Shown piece after piece: positions 26,057 through 39,305 of a DNA stretch of 64,000 nt. The notes beneath the pieces were generated by a model, which saw only the letters and a program-made list of their open reading frames with translations, did no database searches and was not told the DNA's origin. Within the stretch, counting starts at the first letter, position 1. The number at the start of each line of letters is the position of its first letter. Made by a program: the position numbers and the translations under genes. The stretch lies in assembly GCF_009914755.1 (NCBI RefSeq), contig NC_060926.1; one strand, 5' to 3'. Source of the DNA: the human T2T-CHM13v2.0 reference genome, Homo sapiens.

Positions 26057-26135
26057 TTAGGTTGGTGCAAAAGTAATTGCAGTTTTGCCATTGAAAGTCA
26101 TGGCAAAAACCGCAATTACTTTTGCACTGGCCGAA
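26057..26135. mobile_element. MADE1 mariner MITE
   Basis: ttaggttggtgcaaaagtaattgcagttttgccatt...atggcaaaaaccgcaattacttttgcac palindrome flanked by TA at 26055-56 and 26136-37. Confidence 0.92.
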
Positions 26136-26163
26136 TAGATAATTTGCATATTTTTACTCTTAT

Positions 26164-26165
26164 GG

Positions 26166-26193
<28 letters not shown>
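26164..26193. repeat. (GAT)n microsatellite
   Basis: Direct reading. Confidence 0.9.
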
Positions 26194-26196
<3 letters not shown>

Positions 26197-26983
26197 GCTG
26201 TTAAGTTCCTTGTATATTCTGGATATTAATCCCTTGTCAGATAAATAGGATGCAAATATTTTCTCCAATTCTACAGGTTCTTTCTTCACTCTGTTTATTG
26301 TTTCCTTCACTGTGCAGGAGCTTTTTAGCTTGATATAGTCCCATTTGTCCATTTTTGCTTTTGTTGTCTATGCTTTTGAGGTCCTGTTCATAAAATCTTT
26401 GCTCAGACCAATGTCCTGAAGAATTTCCCCTATCTTTTTCCTAGTGGTTCTATAGTTTTGGGACTTACATTGAAGCATTTAATCTGTTTTAAGGTGGTTT
26501 TTATATATAGTGAGAGATAGGGGTCTAATTTTATTCTTCTGCAAATGGTTGTCCAGTTTTCCCAGCCACCATTCATTGAAGATGGTGGTCTGTCCCCAAT
26601 GTATGTTCTTGGTGCCTTTGTCAGAAATCTGTTGGCTGTAAACAGGTGGATTTATTTTGTAAATCTCAATCTGTTCTATTTGTCTTTGGGTCTGTTTTTA
26701 TGCCAGTAGCATGCAGTTTTAATTATTCTAGCTTTGTAGTATACTTTGAAGTTAGGTAATGTGTTGTCTCCAGCTTTGTTCTTTATGCTCAAGATTACTT
26801 TGTCTAGTTTGGGTCCTTTCTGGTTCTATAAAAAATTTTAGGATTTTTTTTTCTACTTCTGTGAAGAATGTCGTTAGTATTTTGAAAGGGAGTGTATTTA
26901 ATCTGTAGATTGCTTCAGATAGTATGGTCATCTTAATGACATTAATTTTTCCAATTAACGAACATGGGATGTCTTCCCATTTC

Positions 26984-27042
26984 TGTGTGTGTGTGTGTGT
27001 GTGTTTGTGTTTATGTTTACGTGTGTTTGTGTTTGTGTGTGT
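26984..27042. repeat. (TG)n-rich microsatellite
   Basis: Direct reading. Confidence 0.9.
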
Positions 27043-28049
27043 CCTCTACAATTTCTCTCATTAGTGTTTTATAGCATTCTTTATAGAAATCTTTAATATC
27101 CTTGGTTAGATTTATTCCAAGGTATTTTATTTTTGTATCTATTGCAAATGAGAGTGTTTTTTAAGTTCATTTTCCAGCTAGTTTGTTATTAATGTATCAA
27201 AATGCTACTGATTTTTATGTATTGATTTTGTATCCTGCAACTTTGTTGAACTTTACTAGTTCTGGTATAGGCTTTAGGTTTTTCTATATATAAAATTATG
27301 CCATCTGCAAACAGGAATGATTTGACTTTCTCCTTTCAATTTGGCTGTATTTTGAACTCTTGTCTAATTGCTCTGACTAGGACCTCCAGTACTATGTTGA
27401 ATATGAGTGGTGAAAGTGGACATCCTTGTCTTGTTCCAGTTCTTAGAGGAAAAGTATGATGTTAGCTGTGGGTCTGTCTTACATGGTCTTTATTGTGTTG
27501 AGGTATGTACCTTCTACACCTAATTTATTGAGAGTTTTATTTTTTATCATGAAAACATGTTGAATTTTATCAAATGCTTTTTCTGCATCTACTGAAATGA
27601 TCATATCGTATTTGTCCTTCATTCAGCTGATGTGATGTATTACGTTTATTGATTGTGTATGTTGAACCATCTTTGCAGCCCTGGGTTAAATTCAACTTGA
27701 TCATTGTGTATAAATTTTTTGATGTGCTATTGGATTTGCTTTGCTAGTATTTTGTTGAGGATTTTTGCACTTATGTTCATCATGAATATTGGTTCATTGT
27801 TTTCTTTTCTGTTGTGTCCTTGTCTGGTTTTGGTATCAGGGTGATGTTTGCTTAGTAGAATGCATTAGATAGAATTCCCTCGTCTTTAATTTTTTGGAAT
27901 AATTTGAGAACTGGCATTCGTTATTCTTCCAATGTTTGGCACAATTCAGCACTGAAGCAGGTACATCCAAATCCCCATTGATTTTTCTTGAGCCAACTCA
28001 GTGCTAAGAATGTTGGCACAAGAAGGAAAATAATAATCACATCACCATC

Positions 28050-28240
28050 ATCTGAAATTTATTGAACTCTGTATGTTGAGATAGCACTTTACATCAGCTC
28101 TTTCATGGGATCTTCATTATATACTGATGTATCATGATATCCTCAATGAGTATATGAGAAAACCGGGGCAAAAAAAGGTTAATGATTTGATCTAGTAAGT
28201 GGTGGAACCAGGATTCAGAAACAGGCAGTCTGGCTGCAGA
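28050..28240 (-). mobile_element. MIR SINE
   Basis: atttattgaactctg...tgagaaaaccggggc...ggttaatgatttg...agtaagtggtggaaccaggattcag...ggcagtctggctgcaga. Confidence 0.7.
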
Positions 28241-29109
28241 AAAACTTCTCCACCCACTTCATCACACCCCCAAGGCCCCACTCCTCACCATACCAGCCAA
28301 AACTTTGCTCTGCTGCCTTCACTTACCAGAGATCTGAAGCTCCTCTTATGTCATTCTCAGAGAGGCCTGAGGCTCAAACCATGACTTGGAAGCGTCTTCT
28401 GAGGATCCCTCTTGAACAACTATCTCAAAGTTACTTCTAGGAGTACCCTAGCAAGAAATACTATTTCTTGGCTGCTATATTTCTACACTGGTTATTGTTT
28501 TCTATGTTGCTTTTCCTTGCTCCCTCCCTCCTTGTGGCAAAGGTATGTGGGGGTTCAGTTTTTCCATTTGCTAATTGTAAAGCCATCTTATTTTCCCCCT
28601 TAATTTGTGCCAACAATTTCTGCCAGACATGTACCTAGGTTATAACCTTAAATTATACATTAGTAACCATCCATCTATCCCAAATCCTTGGTATAATTAT
28701 CTTGATGATGTTTTAATTTTAGGTAGCTTGGACCTTAAGTGTCAATTACTATTAAGGTGGAAAGCAGAGGCCAGTAGGTGTCAAGAGTATAGCTCTTTAG
28801 GCAGTTTTGAGCTTGCAGCTAGGGGAACTCCAAGCTGAATTAAACTGGGTATGGAGATTACATGGGAAAAGAGGCCCAATCTGCAGGCCGACGCTTACAT
28901 TGTCAATGACAGGAAGTATTAGGTCAGTGAGTGGGGTGGTAATAGAACATCACATAGGAACCACAGCAAGACTTTATATATGATAAAACCAGTCTACTGA
29001 GGACTGAGGAAGAGCAAGAATGTCACACTGAGGCATAGAAAGCCCCAGACAAAAAGCAGAATAGTCAGTCAGTGTCAGCAGAGTAGGAAGCTCGGCTGTG
29101 GAGGGGGAC

Positions 29110-30195
29110 TTCATTCACTCACCCATTAAGTAGGTGCCAACCAAACTACAGAGGTTGGAGGTGCTAAAGTCAACTTGTGCTTGCCCCTAAGGTGTCTTCA
29201 GGGTAAGAGAGAAGGCCAGAAGTCAACACACAATTAAAATAAAGCACAATGAATAACATATCAGGGTAGAAGGGAAGCACAAAAAAGAAGCATTCTAATT
29301 AGCAGGAAGAAGAAATGGCACATGATACATTTCTTAGGTAAGGGAGAGCTTTTCTCACTTAGGAAAATGAAAATGGGAGTCATAAGAAATGACATTAGAG
29401 ATTCATGCCTTCTGAATGGTTGAGAAATCATGTTATGAGATGTGTTTTCTTTCCCCCCAAAGCCAGTGGGATGCTGTTGAAGGGTTTTCAGTTGTGGGGG
29501 GCACATGAACAAATGCAGCTTTAGAAAGATTGTTCTAACAGCGTGACAGATGATGGATTGGAGAGAAATCAGGCTAGCGGCAGGAGAGAAGCTAAGGGAT
29601 TGTTTCAATAAGCAGACAAGAAATGAGAAAGATCTGGAACAAGATATTAGCAGGGGGAATGAAGGGGGAATGAATAGAAGGAGTATATATAAGAGATTAA
29701 TTAATCCTGTTTGAAAGTAGTAGTAGGAGAGATCTAGGCTTATGTCCAATTTTCAGGCTTGAGAACTTTTCAGGTAGTTCCATGCCCTAAAGTGGACAAC
29801 ATAAAATATGAAGTCAGTTTTAGTTAGGTTGGGTTTGGGCTGCTGTTGGATAGGCATAATTCAAGGGGGATCCTGCTATGCCATTAGGAAAAGTATCTGA
29901 GCTGGTAGTAAATATTTAGGGAACTATTAGCTTTGGCTTGGGCCACTGGCGTGAAGAAATGTCATTACTCAGGGAAGACATCAATGAGAGGAATGCGGAA
30001 ATTGAAACTCTGGGGAATATCGACAACTCAGGAGAAGAGAGATGAGGAAAAGGGGCCAGAGAGAAAAGAAAAACAATTCAGTGTCATAGGAGTTAAGAGG
30101 GAGGATTTTCGAGAACATTGCCAAGATGTTGCCAGTGAGATAAGAGCTGAAGTGTTTTCATTGATTTTGGCAAACAGGAGGTCACTTGGGATTTT
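29110..30195 (-). mobile_element. L2 LINE fragment (~1.1 kb)
   Basis: gctgttgaagggttttcag...gctttagaaagattgttct...gatggattggagag...gagataagagctgaagtg...ttggcaaacaggaggtcac. Confidence 0.75.
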
Positions 30196-30399
30196 TTCCA
30201 TTTACTCTATCCTGGTGGGAATTAGGCTATGTGACCTTGAACAAGTAATTTAATAATAATCTCTACTTCATAGAGCTGTTGTGAAGGGTAAATGAAATCT
30301 CTGCCCATCTAGGAAGGACCTGTTGCTTTCTGTAATTTACTTCCTATAGACTTATTTGCATCCACAGTGTTTTAATATGTTTTCAAACATTATGATCTT

Positions 30400-32185
30400 G
30401 GAGAAAGATGGTCTTTTTAAAAAATGGTGCTGGTGCAATTGGACATCCACAGGCAAAAAAAATGAACTGAGATGCAGACCTTATACTCTTCACAAAAACT
30501 AACTCAAAAAGATCATAAACCTAAAAGTAAAACAGAAAACTATGAAACTCTTAGAAGATAATCTAGGAGAACACCCGGGTGACCTTGAGTATGAAGGTGA
30601 CTTTTTCGATACAACATTGAAGACACAATCCATGAAAGAAAGAATCGATAAGCTGGACTTTATTTAAAATTAAATATTTCTGCCCTACTTAAAAATACTG
30701 TCAAGAAAATGAAAAGCCAAGCCACAGACTGAAAGAAAATATTTGCAAAAACAACTGATAAAGGACTGTTATCTAAAATATACAGAGAACTCTTAAAATT
30801 CTGTTCAGGTTGGTATCACAGAATTTTATCATAGACTATATATCTTACAAACAAGAGACATTTATTTCTCACAGTTCTGGAGGCTTCAAGTTCAAGATCA
30901 AGGTGCCAGCAGATTCACTGTCTGATGAAGGCCTGCTTCCTGGCTCATAGACAGCCAACTTTTTGTTGTGTTCTCACATGGTGGAAGGAATGAGGGAGCT
31001 TTCTGGGGTCTCTTTTGTAAGACGATGAATACTATCCACAAAGGCTTTATCCTCATGACCCAATCACCTCCCAAAGACCTTACCTGCAAATACCATCACA
31101 TTGGGAATTAGGTTTCAACATACGAATTTTAGTGGGGCAGAAACATTCCATCTTCAGCAAAGAAAAATTGAACAACCTGTGTTAAAAATGGGCAAAAATC
31201 CTGAAAAGAACTTCATCAAATAAGATATACAGATGGCAAATAAGAATATGAAAAGAGCTCAACATCATATGTAATTAGGGAATTGCAAATTAAAACAATA
31301 ACATACTGCTACGTATCTGTTAGAATGGTCCAAATTCAAAACGCTGACAACACCAAATGTTGGTGAGGATGTGGAGCAATGGGAACTCTCATTCATTGTT
31401 GGTGAGAATACAAAATACTACAGCCACTTTGGAAGACAGTTTGGCGGTTTCTTACAAAACTAAACATACCGTTACCATACAATCCAGCAATCAAGCTCCT
31501 TGGTGTTTACTCATTGAGTTGAAAACTTATGTTCATATGAAACTTGCATACAGATGTTTATAACAGCTTTATTCATGTTGCCCAAACTTGAAAGCAACCA
31601 AGGTATCCTTCAGTAGGATAAATTGTGGTATGTACCGGCAAAGGAATATTATCCAGTGCTAACAATAAATAAGCTATCAGCCACGAAAACACATGGAGGA
31701 AACTTAAATGGATATTACTGGGTGAAAGGAGCCAATCTGAAAAGGCTATATACTGTATGATTCCAATTATGACATTCTAGAAAAAGAAAAACCATGGGGT
31801 CAAGAAAAAGATCAGTGGTTGCCAGGGCTTAAGGGAAGGGAGGGGTAAATAGGCAGAGCACAGGAAATTTTTAGGGCAGTGAAACTGTTCTCTACGACAG
31901 TGATGGGTGCATGTCATTACACATTTGTCAAAACCCTTAGGATGTAAGACACCAAGAGTGAACTCTAATGTTAACTATGAACTCTGGTTGATAATGGTGT
32001 TCCAATGTAGGTTCATTAATTATAACAAATATACTACTCTGGTACGAGATGTTGATAGTTGGAGAAGCCATTTGTGTGTATGCATGTGTGCAGGGAGTGG
32101 GGAGGCTATATGGGAACTCCCTGTACTTTTTGTTCCATTTTCCTGTGAACATAAAAGTGCTCTAAAAATAAATCTATTAGAAATA
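30400..32185 (+). mobile_element. L1MC-type LINE-1 3' end, interrupted by MLT1A
   Basis: aaatggtgctgg...agccacagactg...ccaatctgaaaaggctatatactgtatgattcc...ccaagagtgaactctaatgttaactatg...ctctaaaaataaatctatt. Confidence 0.88.
30800..31159 (-). mobile_element. MLT1A0-like MaLR LTR
   Basis: atttatttctcacagttctggaggc...caagatcaaggtgccagcagattc...ttaggtttcaacatacgaatttt. Confidence 0.88.
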
Positions 32186-32449
32186 TGACTTTATTAAATT
32201 TAATTTTTCATTTTCACCCTAGGAACAATGATCTGTTAAAGTCTGCATACTAACTGGAAATGGAAATCCAGACAGCATATATCATAGTTTAGAATATTGC
32301 TCCAAACCTTTTACTAGATGATTCAGAAGGCTGAGAGCTGTGAGGGGGATCAGCACACTTTCTCCAAAGTTTGGGAAAGTACTTTATATTTTAACCTTAT
32401 ATATGACATTAGTGGGAGGTCTCTTTACAAGTTAGTAAATCTGATAAAA

Positions 32450-32620
32450 TTGGGAACAAGGCAATGATTTTCACTATCTCTAGTTTTATTCAACTCTTGC
32501 ACTTGTGGTCTTAGCTAGCATTCAACAGTGAGAAAAAGAAATAAATAGATATAGATTAGAAAGATAAAATTGTCTTTGTTTGCACATGATATGATTGTAT
32601 CCATAAAGAATCAAAAGGAA
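32450..32620 (+). mobile_element. L1M ORF2 fragment
   Basis: ggaacaaggcaa...ttattcaac...gtttgcacatgatatgattgtat (degenerate LFADDMI region). Confidence 0.6.
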
Positions 32621-32624
32621 TGTA

Positions 32625-33553
32625 TAATCTATTAAAATGAGTGGGCTAAGAACATGAATAGACATCCTCAAAAGAAGATATACAAATGGCCAAGAAATAT
32701 ATGGAAAAGTGCTCAAAATCACTAATGATTAGGGAAATGCAAATTAAAACCACAATGCAAACTACCTTACTCCTGCAAGGATGGCTATACTCAAAAAATC
32801 AAAAAACAGTTGATGCTGGCATGGATGCAGTTAACAGGGAACACTTCTACACTGTTGGTGGGAATGTAAACTAGTACAGCCACTATGGGAAACAGTGTGG
32901 AGATTCCTCAAAGAACTAAAAGTAGAGCTACCATTTGATCCAGCAATCCCACTGCTGGGTATCTACCCAGAAGAAAAGAAGTCATTATTCAAAAACGATA
33001 CTTACACATGCATGTTTATAGCAGCACAATACACAATTGCAAAATCATGGAACCAATCCAAATGCCCATCAATCAACGAGTGGATTAAAAAAAACTGTTA
33101 TATATATATATTAATACATATATAATGGAGTACATATATATGAATACATATATAAAATAGAATACATGTATATATAATGGAATACTACACAGTCATAAAA
33201 AGGAATGAATTAACAGCACTTACAGTGAACTGGATGAAATTGGAGACTATTATTCTAACTGATGTAACTCAGGAATGGAAAACCAAACATTGTATGTTCT
33301 CACTGATATGTGGGAGCTAAGCTATGAGGATGCAAAGGTGTAAGAATGATACAATGGACTCTGGCAACTTATGGGGAAGATTGGGAGGTGGCGAAGGATA
33401 AAATACTACAAATATGGTGCAGTGTATATTGCTTGTGTGATGGGTGCACCAAAATCTCAAATTCACCACTGAAGAATTTACTCATGTAACCAAATACCAC
33501 CTGTACCCCAATAACTTATGGAAAAATAAAATTAAAAAATAAATAAAATAAAA
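32625..33553 (+). mobile_element. L1PB1-like LINE-1 3' end
   Basis: [24 protein letters not shown]; 3'UTR gggagctaagctatgaggatgcaaagg...gtaaccaaataccacctgtacccc; A tail. Confidence 0.88.
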
Positions 33554-33584
33554 CAGAGTAGAAGCAAGGTGAATTTAAAAAACC

Positions 33585-35175
33585 CCACCAAATTGACCTA
33601 TAGATTTAATATAATTCCAATCAAAATCTAGCAATATTTACTTATGTAAATTGGAAAGATGATATTAAAATTTATATGGAAATGCAAAGGACTTAGAATG
33701 GCCAAGACAATCTTGAGGATAAATTTACCGTATGTACACTGTCAGAGTTTGAGACCTTTAATAAAGCTATGTAATTAAGACAGTGTGGTGTTTGGATATG
33801 AATACATAGATCTATGGAACATAATAAAAAAATCCAGAAATAGACCCACATCCATTTAATTACTTGATTTCAATGAAAGCCCCAGTGCATTTCAGTGAAG
33901 AAAGGGATGTCTTTTCAATAAACAATGCTGAAACAACAGGATGTCCCTATAGGGACAAAGTAAATGTTGACCCCTAATTCATACTGTACACATAAATTAA
34001 TTTGAAATTTATCAAAGACCTAAATGGAAGGACATAAGCCATAAAGTTTCTAGAAGAAAACATCAGTGACCTTGGGGTGAAGAAAGATTTCTTGGGTGGA
34101 ATGCAAAAAGTACTAACCGCGAAAGAAAATGTAATAATAATAGGCCTTCATAAAAACTTTAAACTTCTCATCAAAAGATGTGTTTAAGAAAGTAAGAATG
34201 GAAGCCCTAGGCTATGAGATAATATTTTAAACACATATATTTGACAAAGGATTCATAGGTAGAATATATAATGAACTGCAAACCAATAAGAAAATGACAA
34301 GTATTCCATAAAACAAATAGCAAAAGACTTACTAGGCACTTCACAAAAGAATATATCCAAGTGGCCAGTAAGCATACAAAAAGACATTCAACATTATCAA
34401 TCATTAGAGAACTGAAAATTAAATGAGATGCTATCATGCATACACGAAATAGCTAATACTTTAAGAAGATTGTCAAAACCATGTGTTGAAAAGGATGCAG
34501 AGCAAGTGAAACTCTCATATATTACTGGTAAAAGTACAAAAGGGTTAAACCACTTTGGAAAATTGTTTGGCAGTTTTAATAAAGTTAAATATATGCTCAC
34601 TTTTTGCCTAGCAATTTTACCCCTGGCTATATTACCCAAATAAGTGAGTGCATATGTCCACAAAAAAGTGTTCAAGAATGGTCACAGAAGCTTTATTCAT
34701 AATATCCCAAAATTGAAAACAGCACACACATCCATCAACAAGACATTTGATAAATACAGTTTAGTACATCCATACAATAGAATACTATGCATCAGTAAAA
34801 AAGAGCAAATCACTGTAACAAAAAACAGCATAGATAAATATCAGAAACATATTGTATAAAATAAGTAAAATACAGAAGTTATATACACTATGATTCCATT
34901 GAGATGAGGTGAAAAATAGGTGAAGTTAACATAAGGTGATAGAAGTCAGAATAATTCTTACCTTTGGGGGAAATTATTGACTGAGCAAGGCATGAGAAAA
35001 CTTTCTGGGACAATAGGAATGTTCTTGATATATATGCATCATGAATATTTGAGATGTCTCTCTCTCTCTCTCTCTCTCTAGCTATATATATATACATATT
35101 TATATATTTATATTTGTATGTAAAATTCATCAGGTTGTACACTTAAGAGTCAGACTTCATACTATATGAAAAAAT
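33585..35175 (+). mobile_element. L1ME-type LINE-1 3' portion
   Basis: tagatttaatataattccaatcaaaatc...aaatttatatggaaatgcaaagga...gtgatagaagtcagaata...tcaggttgtacacttaaga. Confidence 0.8.
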
Positions 35176-35920
35176 TTTAAAAAATAAATAATTCTAAAAG
35201 GCCTATCTCTTTCTTGGTGATAGAATGTTCAAGATGCAATAACTTGTCTGTTATGTCAGAGGTAATGTCATGGCACACTGCAAACAACTGGACCCCTGAA
35301 GACATCACCAATGTGGTCTTCATAAGACTTCCTTCATAAGATTTCCTTCTCACCCTGGTATGCACATGAGTTTCAGAGCATTCAGAGTGCTTGACATTTC
35401 CTGCTCACCAGGTCTGGTTAACATGGTATCATTAACATGTTGGACCAACATAACGTTCTTTGCAATATGAAGACTACCATGACTAGCAAAGTAGCATCCC
35501 TCTGACACAACTGTAAATGAACGTGTACTGCTGTCATTCCCGAGAACTTCTTTTGATCCTCCTTCATGACAGGAATGGAAAAGAATGCATCTCCTAGCTC
35601 AACAGCTGCATTCTGTCCGCCAGATACTGTTTTGATCTATTTTAGTAAAGATACCACACTTGGCATAGCAGCTGAAGCTGCGGGTCCCACTTGTTTAAGT
35701 TTATGGTAGTTCACCATGCTCTGCCATGAACCATTTGATTTTCAGGGGGTTCTATTTTAGCTCATTTCAATGAGTTAAAATAGAATATGATGTGCCACCT
35801 CAACATCTTTTAAGTCCTTGAGGGTGGTGCTCATCTCTGCTATTCATCTGGGACATGTTATTGCTTAAGTTCTAATTTCTCACAGGGATGGAGGTTATTG
35901 GTACAAATTTAAGAGCTTCC

Positions 35921-36427
35921 TATATTAGTTTTCTATTACTGCTGTAGCAAATTACCACAAATGCAGTGCTTAAAACAGCATAATTTGTTATCTTACAGTT
36001 CTGGATATTGGAAGTCCAGAATGGGTCTCAATGAAATAAAATCAAGTTTTCAGCAGAGCTGTATTTATTCTTGAGGTCTAGAGAATCTGTTTCCTAGACT
36101 TTTCCAGCTTCTAGAGACTGCCTGCATTCCTTGGCAGGCAGGGAAGAACTCTCATGAACCCTTCCTCCACCTTCAAAGCTAGGAGCGTAGCATGTTTAAA
36201 TCTGACTGACTTCTTTTTCTGCCTCCTTCTTCCATTTATAAGGACTCAGGATTGTTTGGGGCCACCTAGATAATGCAGAATAATCTCTTCAACTGAAAGT
36301 CAGCTGATTAGCAACTTTAGTTTCATCTGCAACTTTAATTACCCCTTGCAATGTAAACGAATATATTCATAGGTTCCAGAGATTAGGACATGGACATATA
36401 TAAGGGGCCATTATTCTGCCTACAATA
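35921..36427 (-). mobile_element. MLT1D-like MaLR solo LTR inserted in ERVL pol
   Basis: tattagttttctattactgctgtagcaaattaccacaa...ggggccattattctgcctac; perfect 5-bp TSD cttcc (35916-20 / 36428-32). Confidence 0.9.
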
Positions 36428-37640
36428 CTTCCACTAACTTCCCTTATCATACCACACCTACTTCACAAAATCAAGTCATAAATATGAGGGTTCTACCAAG
36501 TTCTAGGTAAATTCATCCTGATGATGCATCTGGGGGCTGGAAAAACATCATCATAGGGCAGGACAACAGATTCATTGTATTCACTGTGAGATAGACCTGG
36601 GATAAGACTCTGTTTATCACATGGCTTCCATAGCCCATGGGCAATTTGATTCTCTTCATTTATCAGTATCACCTACAATTCAATACCCTCAGCCCTTGAA
36701 AAATCTCCTTTCCCCGAGTGTACAATTATCTGGTAAATGAACATAAATCCATTGGGAATGGATTGGGAAAATAGCTACTGTAGCATCATAGCATATTTCC
36801 TCAAAGGGAAATAGCCTCCCCTTCTATTAACTCTGGGCCTGAGAACGGTGTGAGAGATCATGATTTTCCAATATGGCAGCTTTCTGCTCACCCACAATTG
36901 ATCATCAGCTGCCCAACTTCCTTGACCCTAAAAATACCATGGTCTATTGAACATCTTCACAGATTCCCATGGATCAAGGGCTCCTTATTGCCATTCCAGC
37001 TGCACTGCCTGTTATGGAAATTATGTTCACTTTGCTTCTGATGGTTAAGTGTTACCACCTGGCCTCTCTTATGCCAGAAGTTTATCATCTCCATTGATAC
37101 TAAGTAAGCCAGGTCTGTAACAACCTCCCATGCCACCCCTGGCCCACAAATGACTATAACTATTAACTCCTTCCATTCCTCATTGCTTTAGGGAAGGGAT
37201 ATCCTCTGGGCCTTCCTGGGGAACATAGATATCTGGGGTTTGTTGTTGTTGTTGTTACTTTTGTTTTTGTTTGGCACATCTCTGATCCTTTTCATCCTTT
37301 CCCTAGTACTCTGCCAAGAGTTCTGGAATCTCCATTTCATTTACTATAAGACTCCAGAAAATGGTAGGCTTGAGAGTTAAGAAGTCATTTGTTAAGCTTG
37401 GCTCCAGAAGTCCTTTCTGGGATGTTAAATCTTGCCTGCACTCATATCAATACACTCTTTCCCATCTAACCTTGTAATCATCTCCTCTGAGCAGCTGCAA
37501 GATGCATTCCCGGGCGTGTTGTCCTGAAACACATTGGTACACATAAGCCCTTCAGTGAATAATTCCTTTTCTCTCTGTAGTGTGAACAATACTTCCTACT
37601 TGCACCATACTAAGAGTTGACCCTAGTTTTTAGTGTAGAC

Positions 37641-37848
37641 CAGAGATGGGCAAACTAAGGCCCTTTGGCCTGACACTTAAAACTGTTGTAACATTAAGGA
37701 ACACAGCCACGCTAGTTTATTTATATATGGTTTAGGGCTGCTTTCATGCTATGATGGCAGAGTTTAGTAGTAGTGACAGGAACCATATAGCCTACAAACA
37801 CTACAGTATTTACTATCTGATTCTTTCAAATAAGTTTGCCAATTTCTG
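37641..37848 (+). mobile_element. MER58A hAT MITE
   Basis: cagagatgggcaaacta...ggaacacagccac...gctgctttcatgcta...gcagagtttagtagt...aagtttgccaatttctg. Confidence 0.85.
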
Positions 37849-37856
37849 GTCTAGAT

Positions 37857-38060
37857 CAGCACTGTCCAATAGAACTTTCTGCAATGATGGAAATGTTCTA
37901 TCACCTGTGCACCATCCAACATGGTAGCCACTAGCCACGTGTGGCTATTGACTTGCTTTAAATGTGGCTACTGTGAATAAGACCAAAAAATTTGATTGTA
38001 TTTTACCTTAATTGGCTTATAGTTGTATGTGGCTAGTGGCTATTGGATTTGACGAAACAG
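37857..38060 (+). mobile_element. MER3 hAT MITE
   Basis: cagcactgtccaatagaactttctgcaatgatggaaatgttcta...ggtagccactagccacgtgtggcta...gtggctagtggcta. Confidence 0.88.
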
Positions 38061-38790
38061 ATCTAAATGCAATGAAAGGAGTCAGGAAGGAGTAGAGATT
38101 TTAAAGAGAAAAAACACCATCTTGAAGGGAATCCATCTCAAGTAAGTATTCTGTATGGCCTCTGAAAAATGGAAGGTTGCTTCCCACTAGCCAGCAGAAG
38201 GAGACCACCCCACCTGGACCAGACGGCCCAAAGGAATCTCTGGGCCTTGGCAGTGGTCAAGCACATCCGCCCAGAGGTTCTCATTATAGGTCTTAGGGTC
38301 GGTCTTGACTTTAGTGTAGGAGACACTGTAGTGTAGGAGCTGTGGACTTAGCCTTTTTTTAGTTCAGCCACTGGGTGCAAGAGATAGTGGTCTGTATAAA
38401 CATGGCACTCAGATTTTTTGCACAGCCTTCTGGATGCAGGAGATGGTGGCCTCTATAAACACTATTATTAAAGCATTCTAGCTTTCATATCATGTCGTGA
38501 ATTAATAGACTACTGATCTCAGTCTGTTATTTTCTTTCCTCCTGTGGCTGTTAGCAACAGCTAATTCCCCAATCCTCATAATTTCTCTTGCCTTATATCT
38601 TTCATCCATTAGATCTATTGCATAAGCCAGTACATTCCCTTCTTCATGTTCCCCATCTCAATCCACTATAGGTGTAATCTAAGAAATTGTAATGGTATGC
38701 CCTGCCAGAGGTAATCATTGCCCCATTTACCAGTTGTAGGAGCTGTTCCACGTCACCAATCAGCTTACTATAACCACTCTTGGATCAACT

Positions 38791-39190
38791 TTCTTAGACT
38801 AGGTTCCCCAAGAAGCAGACCCCAAGACAAGGATTTGAGTGCATGTGGTTTACTGGGGAATGACTGCAGGAGACAAGAATAAAGCGAGACAGGAAAATGT
38901 AGGAAGCGAATATAAGGTGTATTAATAAGCAGGTTACCGTGCAGGACAACAGGGGCTCAATCCTGCCAGGACTCCTGGGAAATGGTGTGGAACACACCTC
39001 AGACTTGTCCTCTTACATTGCTGATGGAGGGAATGCTCAAAATATGTTAATTCTCTGGCACTTCCGTCTGCCTTGTGCATTGGAGGACATAAAACTCTCA
39101 GGTGGGGAGTTGCAGGTGCTTTCCTTCTTTCTATTTGGGAATGGTGAGTGTTGGGATGACTTGGGCAGGGAATTGACAACATCGGCCACA
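38791..39190 (-). mobile_element. LTR33-family LTR (5' LTR of the ERVL relic)
   Basis: ggttccccaagaagcagaccccaagacaaggatttgagtgca...gggctcaatcctgcc...acaacatcggccaca. Confidence 0.78.
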
Positions 39191-39283
39191 AAATTGAATA
39201 TCTAAAAAACCCAAGAGTCTGTTATGGTTCTCAAACAAAGAGAGGGTAGTCAAAGCAATAAAAACAAAATCAAAATGAAACAT

Positions 39284-39305
39284 ACACACACACACACACA
39301 CACAC
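39284..39305. repeat. (CA)n microsatellite
   Basis: Direct reading. Confidence 0.9.

Larger units (their letters stand above)
25165..27960 (-). mobile_element. L1MA-type LINE-1, 3' ~2.8 kb (3'UTR and distal ORF2)
   Basis: tgtgtaatgatcaaatcagggtaatt 3'UTR; ORF2 peptides [45 protein letters not shown]. Confidence 0.9.
35190..38790 (-). mobile_element. ERVL-class endogenous retrovirus internal region (gag-pro-pol relic, HERV16/ERV3-16A3-like), heavily decayed
   Basis: Minus-strand translations GSWQSMVNYHKLKQV...AAVELGDAFFSIPV (35560-35740) and GVQLFAVCHDITSDITDKLLHL...TKKE resemble ERVL RT motifs; PBS-like aagttgatccaagagtgg next to the LTR. Confidence 0.8.

Noticed and set aside
29261-30253. 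162-aa and 106-aa ORFs
   Set aside because: Chance frames within a decayed L2.
23202-39190. LTR33 at 23.2 kb as the 3' LTR of the ERVL relic
   Set aside because: Same orientation, but the intervening DNA contains L2, MIR and unique sequence with no ERVL internal sequence adjoining, so it is more likely an independent solo LTR.
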